Below are positions 13,800 through 27,821 of a stretch of DNA of 64,000 nt, in pieces. Positions within the stretch are counted from its first letter, which is position 1. Each line of letters begins with the position of its first letter. The position numbers and the translations under genes are program-made. The stretch lies in assembly GCA_004022145.1 (NCBI GenBank), contig RCNU01000001.1; one strand, written 5' to 3'. The DNA comes from Paecilomyces variotii (Eukaryota). The notes under the pieces are model-generated. The model did not search any database. It was given only the letters and a program-made list of their open reading frames with translations, and was not told the DNA's origin.

Positions 13800-16700
13800 A
13801 TAAAAAATATAAAATAATAATAAAGAAATCTTATTTTATATTAAAAATCTTACTTTTTTACCTATAAATATTACTAGAAAACTTAAGTCTAATTATTTTA
13901 TACCCCCTTTTTACACTAAATATTGCTAGATTAAAATTATTATATAATCCTGCTAAGCTAAAATAGAGAAAAATATATTTTAAATTTAAAATATTATTTT
14001 ATAAAAACAGTTATTAAAGTTTAATATAAGTACTTATATAACTATAAAAGAGATCTATAATCTTATAAAAAAAGCAATTACTACAATAAAGAATAGATTA
14101 AAAAAGATTAAGTTTATAGCTAAAATAGTAGCTATTATTATAAAGTTTTAAATTAAATAAAATAAGGTTATAATAAACTATTATAAATTCCTAAAATAAT
14201 AAAAGCTTTTAAAGAAAGCTTAAGCTAAAGAAAAAAAAGCTATTAAAAAACTTAAAGAATTAATAAAGAAAGTAAAAGAGAATAGAAATTATATAAATAA
14301 AAGATATATAATAGTAGTAGAGATATAGGGAGAATAAGTAGTTAGCCAGCTAATAATATAAACTAAGAAAATCTATTAAACCTTAATAATATTAAAAGAA
14401 ATTATAAAATAAATTAAAAAATAAAAAACAGCAGCTGTTTACTTAATATAAGCTTAAATAAATAGATTATTAAATATTAGAAAGCCTAATATATAGCTAG
14501 AAAAAAACCTATTACTAATAGATATTAAAAAAGTAAGAAATCTTTTAAAAAAAATAACTAATAAGAGCAGATAGTTTCTATTTAAAATAATAAAAGCAAA
14601 GCTTTAATTAATTAATATATAGATTAGAAAAGACTTCTTTTTAAAGGAGATTTTAGAGTATAAAGCAGAGAGGATAATTAAAGACCTAAAAGAGAGCTTA
14701 TTAATTAACCTTACTATTAGCAATAAGAAAGATAATAAAGTAGAAGAAGAGAAGAAAAGCAAAAAAAAAATAAAGAGCCCTAAGAAATCTAAAGATAAGA
14801 AGAAGATTAAAATATAAGAAAAGGGGAAACGGCTAAAAAAGAGATATAAATATAAGGTCGGCATATCTATATTAATAAAAAAAGCTATCGCTAACTTAAA
14901 AGATAAAAAAGTACTAGAACTTTTAAAGGAAAAAAAGATTAAACCCGCTGCTATATACTAAATTTATATTAAAGAAGTATAAAGTATAATAGGATTAAGA
15001 AGTATAAAAGATAATATCCTTAGAAAAAAATTAAAAATATTTATAAACAATAATAATAACCTCAAATACTAGAATATTAGTATAAACCACTAGAAATAAT
15101 TCTAAGGAAGATAGAGACTTAATGCTAACTTCAAAAATTATTACTGCTTAGATAAAGAGGAAACTAAAGTATAGTCTTAGTTAAATAGACTAAATATAAG
15201 TACTAAAAAGGTCGGAGAAGTCTTATAATAGGTTAATTCCAAGAAGATTAATTTAATTTATAAGCTATATATATAATTATTGGCCAATATAATTAATATA
15301 AAAGAGGATATATTTATAAAAGAAGCTAAAGGAGTATTAAAAGCAGTTAGAAATATAAAGCTAATAATAATAAAGCAATAAAAAAAGGGATTATTTAGAG
15401 CAGTAATCTATCTTTATAAAAGTTTATTTAAAAAAATTAAACAGTTTATAAGCAAAACCTCTAAAAATAAATAGATAATAGAATCTCCTAGTAGAGCCTT
15501 AAAAACTAATATAAAGCCCTCCTTTTCTACAGTAAACCTAAAAGACCCCTTTATTAAAAAAAAATCAGGCATTTAAAAAATATATTAAGAATATTATTAG
15601 AAAAGTAGCTATAGAACTCTTTAAATAATATTAAATCTAAATAAGCACCTCTAATAATTTAGATTAATAAATTAAAAAGTAAAAAAAGTCCTAATAATAT
15701 TTTACCTAAATCTATAAAAACTAAAGAATTTACTAATAATATAAAATTAATAAAGCCCTTTTTTTCTATAGTAAACCTAAAAGACCCCTTTATTAAGAAA
15801 AAAACTGGGTACTTAAAAGATATATAAAATACTAGAACTATATAATTTAAAGATAACTTAGAGGCTAAGTAAATACTAGATATACCTAGCAATAGCTAGG
15901 TTAAAAAAAAAATAAAGAGTCTTATTCTAAAAAGTCTTAAAAGCATAAAAAATAAAAATAATATAAAAGTTAAAGAAACCTTATCTAAAGATCTTCTTCC
16001 TAAAAAATTTTTAATATTAAGGATAGTTTAACTATTTAGAGATCTTAGGTTAATTAATATAAATACTTCTAATAATATACCTAGTAGCTTATATTATAAA
16101 GCTTAAGATAATCTATATAAGGCTAAAGAATATCCTAAATCTAAATATAAAAACAGAAAATAATTTAATCTAAATAAAAAAGACTTTACTCTAAATAAGA
16201 TATAGGACTAATATATCTAGTTAAATATTATAATAAGGGAGGATTTTAACTATTAAAAAGTAAATAAGATTTTCTAAATTATACCCTTTAAAAAAAAACT
16301 AATAAAAAGAATATTATAATATATTACTATAAAAGTAAAAGTAGCCCTTTATTATAAAAAGGAAAATAAAAGATTAATAGAGCTTAAAAACTTATCTTAA
16401 AGTATTCTCTAGAAGGTTATTATATAAAATATCTAGATTTATTTAATCTAGTTAATATTATATAGTTATAGCAAATATAAGTTATAGGTTTAATATCTTA
16501 AAAAATATAAGCTAAGAGTATTAAATATAAAGACTATAATCCTTAAGGGAGAAATAGGCTAGGGCTTTATAACTCTAGGGACTAGACTAATTATTAAAGA
16601 TAAGTCTAAGAAAACTATAGGCTTAAAAAATATTATATTTAGGTAGGGAAAAGTAACCTTTATTAATAATTTGCGTTAGCTAATATTAGAAAATTAAAAA

Positions 16701-17000
16701 ATAGATTTTAATAGTATCTGCTATTTTAATTATAGAGAATAAAATAAGATAAAATCTAATTAAGGAGGATCTAGACCTTTTAATATCTAGATAAATAGAG
16801 TTATAGCTATAGGTAAAGCAATACTTAATTAGCTAAATTAAGATTGCTTAAAAATTAAAGCAGAGCTATACTTTATATTAAAATAAGATATATTATTAGT
16901 CTAAGATTATCTATAAAAAAAAGAAACTTAGCTTTATAAATTAAAGATTTTAAGATATATATAATATTAGAAATTAGAGTATTCCTGCTTTAGGAATAAT
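13800..17000 (+). pseudogene. Relic of an additional ORF of unknown function between integrase and the 3' LTR
   Basis: One + frame reads as protein over 14,641-15,570 and, after an apparent 1-nt slip in a poly-A run, over 15,750-16,930. Stops are TAA/TAG, compatible with RIP of Gln/Trp/Arg codons. No family recognised. Confidence 0.55.
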
Positions 17001-17087
17001 TTATAATATTAAAAAAAGGAGATAGCATAAATTATAATAACTAAAAAAGATAGATAAAGATATTTATATATAGAAGAGAGGAGGCTA

Positions 17088-17428
17088 TATAGTAGAGGGA
17101 AATAGTAGAGAGGTTTTAAAGATATAATTAAGTTAATAAGTTATATACTATTATTAAAAGAGGTAGCTTAAATATTTTTAATAAGATATAAGGGGAGGAA
17201 AGGTATTAATTAATTAGTTAATATAGAATAGAATAAATAATCCTCTCTTAATTATATTTTAGTATTAGTTTAGTATTAAAGCAGCCTCTCTTTTACTATA
17301 CTACTTTATTCTCTAAGCTTCTCTTCTAGCTCTACCTTAGGGCCCAAAGACCTAAGCTATCCTTCCCTTTCTCTATATTCTTATGCTTTAAGACTTACTG
17401 CTAAGTCTTAACACCCTTTCTTACAACA
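17088..17428 (+). repeat. 3' LTR of copy A
   Basis: 341 bp, ends TTACAACA, followed by TSD ATGC and preceded by the PPT. Confidence 0.92.
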
Positions 17429-20400
17429 ATGCTATAAATAAAGAACTTATATATAATTTTAACTATTCTATTTACTTATAGGTTATATAATATAATCTTA
17501 ATATAATTAATCTTATATTTCTATATTAATATATTAACTACAGCTTTATTCTCTAGCTCTCTATTATTAATAAAAGTCTTTATTACCTCTTAATAATAAA
17601 TCTAGTCTTTTTATAAGAACTTAATAATAGCTCTTAAAGTAAGGCTGCTAAATACTCTATATTTAACTTAGCTAAAGTTATCTTAAAATATAGTAATATA
17701 AGTTTTTCCTTTACTAAGCAGTATAATCTTATAAATATTTAAATATAGTTTTAATTATTCTGGTAAAATAAATATTAATTATAAAGCTTCTTTTATATAT
17801 TCTTTATTTGCTTTTTAATACTTATTATATGTTTTTATTTATCTGGCAATATATTTATATAGGCCCTTCTATTAATATTAATTAGCTATTTTTCTATATA
17901 TTGCTTTATATTTTTAATATCTATATTCCTTATAAAGGGCAGTAAGAATCTCTTTTTATTTTTTTTTATTATTAATAACTATATAATAAGGCTAGTTTTA
18001 CTATATTTTTTAGAAAAAGATATTATTTTAAACTATATATTTTACTGCCTTTTTTTTAAACTTAGCATATTATTCCCTATTTATATTATCTGGTTTTATT
18101 ATAGTTTATAGCTATTCTATAATCTATAAAGATTTTTTTAACTAGTATAATATAGGTATTAGCTAAGGAATTCTGTCTAATTTTATTTTTTATATATTAG
18201 TATAATAAATTGCGCAAAATTATAGATCTAAGAATTCTTTTATATTATTATCTTTAGCTTCTTCTAGATCTTATTCTATTATTAGCTTTTAAGATAATTT
18301 ATTTATAACTAAGTTCTTTCTTCCCGCTATATAAATAATATTAAAGTTAAATAGCTAAATTTAAGCAATTTATTAAGTAATTATTAATCTAAAAAGGTCT
18401 ATAGCTATTTTATTTAATTATATAACTAAAGTCTTTATATTTACTTTTAGCCGAAAGTATATGCTATAGATATACTCTAAACTTATAAAGAGCCTTTAAT
18501 ATTATCCTATATTTTAGCTTTTTTTTATTATATTACCTCTCCGCTTATATCTATACTCTATTTTTATATTTAGCTAAATATCTCTTATTAGATTCTTTTT
18601 TTTCTTAAATAAGTTATACCCCCTATTTATTATTGCTGGCGTCTATATTAATAATAATTATCTCTTTTTTTTTATAATTAATTAACTTAAGTGCTAGGGC
18701 TATTATTAAAGCTATTTTTAAGGTATTTATTAAGTTTTATTAGTCTAGTCCTTAAAGGAAGTCTTATCTTTTCCTTAATATTAAGTATATTAGTTCGGCC
18801 TTAGTAATATATTCTTTAATCTATATCTAATAGTAAGCCGTAACTCTTAAGAATTCTCTTATTTTTTATAGGTTTTAATATAGTAGCTATTTTAAAATCT
18901 TAATTATTTTTATAGATTTTAGGTGCCTCTCTTCTATATTATATATATATCCTATTATTTTAATCCCTAGAATTATAAATTATAACTTTTCTTTAGTAAT
19001 AGTTAAACCGGTAAGTTTAAAACTATATAGTACTTTATTAATATTTTGGATATATTTAAATATAAATCTCTTAATTCTAGGCAGTATTTCCTCTTCTCTA
19101 TAATTAGTTTTAGGGCCTTATACTAGAGCATTATCTAAAAATATATTATAAATATTAGAGATATTATTAGCAAGCGCTTTTATAACTCTATATATAAATT
19201 CTAGCACTATATTAGTTTATCCTTATAGTAGTTTAGCTTAGCAAATTAAACTAATTCTAAATATATAGAAAGTTATTAAGTTGCGCAACTCTTCTGCTAA
19301 TCTTAACTAATTATATTTAGAGAATAAATCTATTAACATAGATACTATTATTCTGCTAAACTTCTTTAAGAATTTATTAATTAAGGGGGGTAAGTTAATA
19401 TCTTATATTATTATTTAGTTAACTTTTATTGCTGTATTAATTAATTAATATTTGTTATTTTTTTATAAGAAACTAAGAGTTCCTATAGGGCCTTTAACTT
19501 TATTTAAGGATTTTAATCTCTATTTTCTCCTTTACTATTGCTTAAGCTATATTATAAAATGCCTTTAATATTAGGAAGTTTTTAGCCTGCTATAGCTTAT
19601 ACTATATAATCTAGATAATAATTAGAGGTATAACTTCTGGGTATATTTATCTAATCTCTTTAAAAGTCTATATAAAGGCTACTTTTCTAGTAAAGAGCAC
19701 CTTTATTAATAATTTTTTTTCTTTTAGCTATAAGTCTTCCCCTATAATAAGATCCTTTAAATATTTTAAGGTTAGCCTTATCTTTTTTATTATATCTAAG
19801 ATCTTTAGCTAAATATAATTAGTAAATCCTCTCTATATCTCTTTTATATTTCTTTAAGAGTTTATATAGTAATACTCCTAGATAATCTTCTTTTATTTTA
19901 ATAATCCCCCTAGCGCTGCTATAGGTCTATTTACTATATTTATTAAATAAACCTTCTTATACTTCCTCTTATATTAAGTATTAATAGCGTATTTTATTCC
20001 TATAATAAAAAAATTATATCTTTTAAATAGTCTATACCTCTATAAATCTTCTTTTTCTTCTTATAATTTAGTAAATTTAAATATCCCTATATCTTTCTCT
20101 TTAGTTCTCCTACTTAATCTGAAGTTAATATTATTTATTAAGTATACTTCCTATAGGTTTTTTCCTTTCTTAGTTTAATATCTATCTTTCTTTTTTAGCT
20201 TTAATTTAATAATTCTTGCATTTTTAATAAAAGATCTTATAAAACTTTTTCTCTTAACTTATTTTTTAGATTATTTATTAAAAATACCTAAATAATAGCC
20301 TAATTCTTCTAGTCTATAGAGTAAATTATGCTCTCTACTATTTTATTTAATAAAGCAATATATTGTAAATATACTTAATACTTAAAAGAATGTCCTAAGA

Positions 20401-20643
20401 TATAATTATAGTTAATCTTATTATTTATTATAAAGAAAGAAACTTTATAATAGAAAGATTTTACTTATATAAGTATTTTTTTATAAAGACCTATAAAAGG
20501 GGTTTGGCTACTGTCTGCTAATATTATATTACTTTTAAATTTTTAGCTTATAATAAGCTTATAGTAATTTGCTATATCTTTATATATTATATTAATTTTA
20601 GCTCTACTATTTATTATAATATTTTAAGCTTTCTTATAACTAT

Positions 20644-20992
20644 TGTAGTAGGAGAAAACGGTAAGGAGGTTTTAAAGATATAATTAGGTCAGTAAGTTAT
20701 ATGCTATTATTAGAAGAGATAGCTTAAATACTTTTAATAAGGTATAAGGGGAGAAAAGGTATTAAGTAATTAATTAGTCAGTTAATACAAAATAGAATAA
20801 GTAATCTCTTCTTAGTTATATTTCAGTATTAGTTTAGTATTAAAGCAGCCTCTTCTTTACTATACTATCTTATTCTCTAAGCTTCTCTTCTAGCTCTATC
20901 TTAGGGCCCAAAAACCTAAGCTATCCTTCCCTTCTTCTATATCCTCATGCTCTAAGACTTACTGCTAAGTCTTAATACTCTTTCCTGCAATA
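20644..20992 (+). repeat. Solo LTR of the same Ylt1-like family, inserted in copy B
   Basis: TGTAGTAGG...CTGCAATA, 349 bp (8 bp longer than the other LTRs), flanked by 4-bp TSD CTAT (20640-20643 / 20993-20996). Removing it restores the sequence seen at ~9670-9690 in copy A. Confidence 0.92.
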
Positions 20993-23310
20993 CTATTAAT
21001 TTAGATTAGTAACTTTAGAGTTATAGCTATATATAGTACCTTATCTTTATTAAGAGGCTTAAGTTATAAGAATGTATAAATATATTAATCCGCACTATTT
21101 ATTATATACTCTATATTTAATATAAAGGTATTAAATTATACTCCTTTAATATTATAGAAGATTGCTTTTATTATTACTTATTATAGTTATAATATAAATA
21201 AGGCCTTATATAGACTAGGAGATAAACTAATAAGGTCTTAGATTAATATTTAAACTCTAGTATTTAATATTTAGTTTATAACTCCTATTATATTAATAGT
21301 CCCTTTTAGCTTATTTATAACCTTAAATCTCTTTAATTTCTGTTTTTTTTTTGTCTTAATAGCTTTTTTACCCTTATTTTATTTAAATATATCTTTTTTT
21401 TTTAATTATCCTTACTTTCTCTGTTATACTTAGAGGCTAATAATTATTAAATCAGTTTATCTTAATTAAGAGAAATTTTTACTCCCTTTTAATTACTTTC
21501 TATAGTTTTTTTTTATATAATTGCTTAGTCCTACTTTATCTTTTTTTTACTCTTTAAAGTTTATCTAATCCTATTATATTAATAAAATAATAGTTTTTTA
21601 TAATATCCCCTGTTTCTTCTTTTAAGCTTAAGTTATCCCTAGGTTGCCTTAATATAATTAACTAGATATTATATCTAATTAAGCTAATATTCCTTTATTC
21701 TTTTTTTAATCTCTATTTAATAATCTCCTTTTATAATATATTTCCCTATATAAAATAAATAACTTCTCTATTTTATCTTTTTAGTTTAAAGTAGAGTTTA
21801 TAATTTTCTCTTTAATAAATAAGTTTTTAATTTAGGAGACTTTTTAAGTTTAAACAATAAAATTAAATATAATTAGGAGCCCAGCAGAAGTTATATAAGT
21901 TTAGAGATATTTTTAATCTTTTAGCTGGGTTAAATCCTAAAGGCACCTTAATTTATATATTTATACTAGTATTAGGTATACTACTATTAAGCCTCCCTAT
22001 ATATTATATATTATATAGTTTTAACTTCTTAAATTTTTTTATTAACTAATTAATTTATAACTGCTTTATTAATTTTATTTCTATACTTTATTATTTAGTT
22101 CTACTCTTACTTTTATTAGAGTAAGTTTTATTAAGTTTAATAAGAAGTTATATATTATTTTTTTTAATTGCCTTTTCCTTTATAGAGATTATTATATTTT
22201 AATTCTTTTTTAATTTACTACTATTAAGGTAATAAAAGGTTTTAATAGTTTTTACCCTATCTATTACTTCCTTATAGAAACTAAAATATTTAATAATTAA
22301 TAGAATATAATAGTCTATATTTAGCTCTTAAACTATTTATTACTTAAATTTTTTTAGGAGTCCCTAAAGATACTAAACTTTTTATAAGTATTAGCTTAAC
22401 TTATTTAAAGTTATTAATACTTCTAATACCGCTTAATATTTTTAATTATATTTTTTTAAATTCTTAGAGCTATTATATTTTATATTTTTAAACCTTTTTA
22501 GCTATTAGATATTATATTTCCTTTAGTATTTATTATAGTAGGCATATTTTTATTTAATTGCTTCTACTAGTTTTAGGTAGTTCTTTTCTTTATATTTAGA
22601 TTATATATTTATCTATAATACTACTGACGGGCTATAATAATTTATAAACTATTTAGTTTTTTCTTCTTCTAAAAGCCGATTTACCTTATATAGCCTTTTA
22701 AAAAGCCTTAGGTAATAAGTAATATTATCCCCTTTAAAATATAGTACCCCTAGATTTTTAGGCATCGGTATCTGTAGAGCTAATATAACCTAGATTAATT
22801 ATATTATTAGTGGCCTTATATTTTTAGATATTTAAGCTATCTATATCTCTAAACCTAGTAATATTAAAAAATTAAGAATCTCTCTATCTTAGCTAATGCT
22901 AAAAAGATTAATACTCTTTTTTATATTTTTTTAAAGGAATAATAATAAAAATAATAATAAGAAGTTCTTCTATTTTTTTAATAAATAGTTCTTGTTTAAT
23001 AATTTCTTATTTCTTTTAAATTTCTGCTTCTTTTTTATACCTATTAAGTTTTTTTTTATATTTAATAGTTTTTCCTTTCTTTTATTACTGGTGTATGTTT
23101 TTGCCTTATATTATATTTATTATTTTTACTAATTTATAAAGTATATTTATCTCTTTCTATTTATAGTAATAATCTCCTTTAGCTATTTTACTTATCTTTT
23201 TACTGCTTTTTATCTCTTTTTTTAGCTTTTATCTTAATCTTAGCTTCTAATTTTCTTTTCTTCCTTATTTTTATTTAATATTTTAACACCCCTTATATTT
23301 AGCTCTAATT

Positions 23311-23651
23311 TATTATAGGAAAGGGTATTAAGATTTAATAATAAGTCTTAGAGTATAAGAATATAGAAAAAGGGAAGAATAGCTTAAGTCTTTAGGCCCT
23401 AAGATTAAGCTAAAAGAGAAGCTTAGAGAATAAGATAATATAATAAAAGAGAGGTTACTTTAATACTAAACTAATACTAAAATATAACTAAAAGAGAATT
23501 ATTTATTTTATTCTATATTAACTAACTAATTAATGCCTTTTCTCCCTTTATATCTTATTAAAAGTATTTAAGCTACCTCTTTTAATAATAGTATATAACT
23601 TACTAACTTAATTATATCTTTAAAACCTCCCTATTATTTCCCCTTACTATA
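23311..23651 (-). repeat. 5' LTR of copy B
   Basis: Reverse complement of 7020-7360, same 341-bp length. Confidence 0.9.
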
Positions 23652-26600
23652 ATAGTAAGCTAATAATAAAGTCTATTAATATATTCTGCTAGGGTCTTTT
23701 TATTATAAATAATAAGCTTAACTGCCTATATAGCTTATATCTAGGAATTTAATTCTTTTTATAGATATTATAAGTCTTTATATATTTTTATATATTGTTC
23801 TATATACTTAGCTAGTAAAACTTTTATTTAAGCAGCTCTTCTATAGTTCTAACTTTTTAATAGCTAGTATATAAATTATTATAATAAATTTATAGCAATT
23901 CTTACTTTAATAAATATTTATCTAAGATATAAATTTAATCTTATCTTTATAGCAGACCCTTATTATCTATAATTTATTTAGAGCTTTTAGCTTAATTATT
24001 CTTTAAACTACTAATCTTCTTTAATATAAAGATATTTTTTTGCTAAAGCTACCTAAGTAACTCTAGAAAATTAGGCTTTAAAAAATCCTAGATTATCTCC
24101 CTATTAATAACCTTTAATACTAATAGTCTTAGTAATAAGTATTTGCAACTATTTATACCCTCTTCTTTATTTAAAGTATATAGTTTTAGTTTTTTTTATA
24201 AGGTAGGCAGTAGTTTAATCTCTTATTCCTTTTTTAAAGATTTATAATTTAGTCTCTAAGATAGCGCATTTACTGCATTTAAATAATCTAACTTATATTT
24301 AATATAAAAGTTATAGCTTACTAGCAGCTTTACCTATTTTACTTACTTATTATTTAAAATCTTTATTATAAAGAAATAGCGCAGGTTTATATAGTTAGTC
24401 TATATTTAAGTAGGGTATTTATTATTATTTAAATAGTATCTCTAGTGCTTAAAAGCTTTAACTATTACTAATAGTTCTTAGTTATATACTTTATATTAAT
24501 ATTTAATTTCAGTAAATTTTTTTTAAAAAATATATAATTAGGTACTATTACCCTATTACCTTACTTATAAGCTGCAGTAAAATAGCAGCTAAAGTAAATC
24601 TTAAGATATTTATAATTATTATAATCGGCTTTTCTAGATTATAATACTACAATATTAGCAGTTTAATAAATATAGCTTTTAATTTTTTAAATACTTTCTA
24701 TACTTTAGGTATTTATTTTAATAGGCCTATTTTTTTATTATTCTTACTGCCCTTAAGTAGATTTATTAATAATATTATAATAGAGGAGTAATTATAGATA
24801 AATCTCCTAAAAAAACTTATAAATTTTAAGAAAACTTAAATATTATAAAAGGTCTTTAATATAAGTTAATTATAAATTATTTTAATTTTAAAGAGATTTA
24901 TTTTAATCCTATCTTATCTTATAATAAATTTAAAGAAGGAAACTTCCTCCTTATAGAATTTATATTTGCTTAGCTTTATATATAAATTATATTTATAGAG
25001 TCTTTTTAGCACTTCTATAATATGCTGTTTATATTCTTTCTTATTTATTAAAAAGATTAAGATATTATTTAAGTATATAATGCAGCAGATATTTAATAGA
25101 CCCCTTAGTACTATATTAATATAGGCTTAAAATATAGCTAAAGTATTATATAATCTAAATAATATAATAAGATATTTAAAATAGCTATATTAAGTTCTAA
25201 ATACTATTTTCTATTTATCTCTTTTTTATATATAGATTCTGTAGTAAGCTTCTTAGAGATTAAGTTTTATAAAAAATCTCGCGCCTATTAATTAATCTAG
25301 TATCTTATCTATTTATAGCAGTAAATAATAATTCTTAATTATTTAAATATTTAATCCTTAATAATTAATATATAAGCGCAGTTTATTATCTTTTTTAAGG
25401 ATAAAGATAATTAGTAATCTAGCTAGGCTAGTTAAAGCCTAAATTTAACCTTATTATTATATATCTTCTAGATATTTTTATAGTATATCTAGTTCTTTAG
25501 TAAAATATAGGTATAGAGGCTCCTATAATAATATCTTATTATTAATTAATTTAATTATATAAGTCTTAGTATCTTCTAGTAAAAGTAATATTTTAGCTTT
25601 CTCCTCTAAAAAAATATCTTAGAATTATATATAGTATAGAGGAAGTTAAATTTCTTTTATACCTGTCTTAATATATTCTCCTTATATATAATAGATTAGT
25701 TAATCTCTTACTATCTCTGTAAATGCTTATAAGCTTTAAATCTTAACCTAGGGTAAAGCCTCTTACTAGTATCTCTAAGTTAAGTATTTTTAATCTATAA
25801 TAAGATTATTATAGTATAACTATAATAATCTTAAGATTATATTTTAATTTTTCTTAACTATATTAGGTTCTTATATAAAAATAATCTAGAAATTAATTTT
25901 ATATTATTTTATCTTTCTCTTTAAATTCTTTACCTTAATAATAATTAGAAAGTTATTATAGATTAGCATTATTTAATCTTCTATTTATAAGGCGTACCTA
26001 ACTAGCTACTAGGGGAATTCTTAATATTTATAATATATTAAAAAATTATAGTTAATAAAGTTACTATATATTTAAAAGTTAAGAAGTATATTTATCTTTA
26101 TAGTATAACCCTTAATTAGTACTTTTATTATTATTATAAACTTTAATTTTATATTATTAAGGCGCTAAAGTACTTTAAGCCTAACTTTTTTTTTTAGGGG
26201 GTTTAGAGTTCTTCTTTAAATCCTAGCTTTTTTTATTTTTTTTTAAATATTATCTGCTAAGGTATTTATACTTCTTATAATTAAAGTATTATCTCTTTTT
26301 CTTTAACTGTTCTTACTCCTCTATAGATTTAAACCTCTTTATTTTATATTTTAAAGAGATCTTTAAGGAGTAAAAAATCTTTATAAAGTTTAATTATAAT
26401 AATTTACTCCTCTACTTACTTCTTTACTTATCCCTTATATAAAGATAAAATCTCTCCTTCTTTCTAAAGTCTTTTAGTTAGGTTTTAATAAAATTTTTAG
26501 GGCTTTATTTAATAACTATAGCCTTTAAAGCTAGTTTTTATATATTAATTAAAATCTCTATATACTTAAATAGCTAATTTTATATATCTTTCTATAATAT

Positions 26601-27821
26601 AAAGAAGAAGGTTTAGCTCTAGATATTTTCCTCTAGGCTTAATTTAGCTTTATAAAGCTTAAATTTATTAAGAAAGTCTCGAGTAGTTTATTTTAATTAT
26701 TATTTTAACCTTTAGAATTATATAGCTATTATCTAGGGTTAATATTATAAATCTTTAAGATAATTTAATAATTACTATTATAATCTCTACTATAAAGTTA
26801 TAACTAAAGCAGGGGGTTTATAACTTTAAGTTATTATATATTTATCTAAAAGTAATATAGTAATATAGTTTACTTTACTTATTTTAGTTTAAAATATTAA
26901 TATATTATAGGTAAAGTATTGCTTTATATAATAGCACTAATAATAATAGTTATCTAGGTTTTTAGCTTAATATTAATAAGGTTTAGGCAGTTTAATAATA
27001 GATCTAGATTTAAAAATTATATTTATTTATTTTATTAGCTCTATAACTACAGCTATATTTATCTTTTTTAATAATCTCTAAGCTATATTTTATAAAGCTC
27101 CTATTACTGCGCTATTAACTTAATACTAAGAATTTAATAAGGTAGTAAGTCTAGTACTAATAATATTTAATTCTTATTAAATCCTAAGGTCTATAATACT
27201 TCTTAAATTTATTAAATTTCTTAAACCTATAGCGGTTACTAGTTTAAGTTAATTAAGACTAGTATTACTAGCTAATTCTAATTATTTAGAATTAGTAATA
27301 ATTGCTAGTTTAGGTTAAGTGCTAGGCTCTAGACTATATTTAGATTTAGATCTAAATTGCACAGGTCTTAGGCTATATATAGATTCTTTATATTAATCTC
27401 TAGTACTACTTCCTAATATCTCTTTTTTTCTTAATATACTATTAGTTAAGCGATTTAAACTATAAAGAGTTAGAGTAAAGAAGCTCTTTAATTAGGGGTA
27501 ACTAGCGGACTAGTTAAATAGAATATAAGATAAGAGGTTAAAATACAGGCAAGTAGCAATCTATATATAGTAGAGTTAAAGGTTTAGTTTAGGGGTAATT
27601 AGAATAAATTGCTAATCTATTTAACTTCTATTTCTTTAGGGGGTTTTTATTTATCTATCTAGTCTACTAAGTTATTTAAATAACTTAGTCTTAATAGCTC
27701 TATCTATAACTTAGCTAATCTAACTATTATATATAGATTTAATTATCTTATTATTCTGCGTCCTCTATCCTAGGTCTTAGTAAGTCTATAATATCGAGTA
27801 TAGTAGCCCTTATTCGTAATA
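23652..27821 (-). mobile_element. Chromovirus-type Gypsy relic (5' LTR, gag, PR, RT, RH, start of IN), cut by copy B
   Basis: De-RIP RT 'G.I.ASTSPAG.PIIFVPKKD.KLRLCVDYRGLN' (~25,350-25,450) and 'YLDDILIF' (~25,052-25,076). Candidate LTR 27461-27821 with RIP-type ends (T[G]TTACG...CTTTA[C]A on the minus strand). Confidence 0.8.

Larger units (their letters stand above)
7020..17428 (+). mobile_element. Full-length Ylt1-like Ty3/Gypsy retrotransposon (copy A), RIP-inactivated, 10.4 kb
   Basis: Two 341-bp direct LTRs (7020-7360, 17088-17428). 4-bp TSD ATGC (7016-7019 / 17429-17432). Polypurine tract AGAAGAGAGGAGG just before the 3' LTR. Domain order gag-PR-RT-RH-IN. The 4-bp TSD and RT motifs (D.NLPP..DEF.EEF, DLFSGYDQ, LPQG.TN.V) fit the Ylt1-like clade. 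Confidence 0.9.
17429..23651 (-). mobile_element. Inverted Ylt1-like copy B (5' LTR, gag, PR, RT, RH, part of IN), interrupted by copy A and by a solo LTR
   Basis: The reverse complement is colinear with 7020-12,890 of copy A. Its 341-bp LTR lies at 23311-23651 and is followed (minus sense) by the same AATTAGAGCT leader as at 7361. Confidence 0.9.

Noticed and set aside
14604..15892. Minus-strand ORFs 14604-14864 and 15659-15892 rich in F/L/I
   Set aside because: Antisense shadows of the A-rich RIP-mutated + strand relic; composition artefact, not membrane proteins.
16500..16900. SET-domain-like hint (G.G, '.YFNH', 'EL.F') in the extra retroelement ORF
   Set aside because: The motifs are too short and RIP ambiguity too high; spacing and the NHSC/ELxFDY consensus are not convincingly met.
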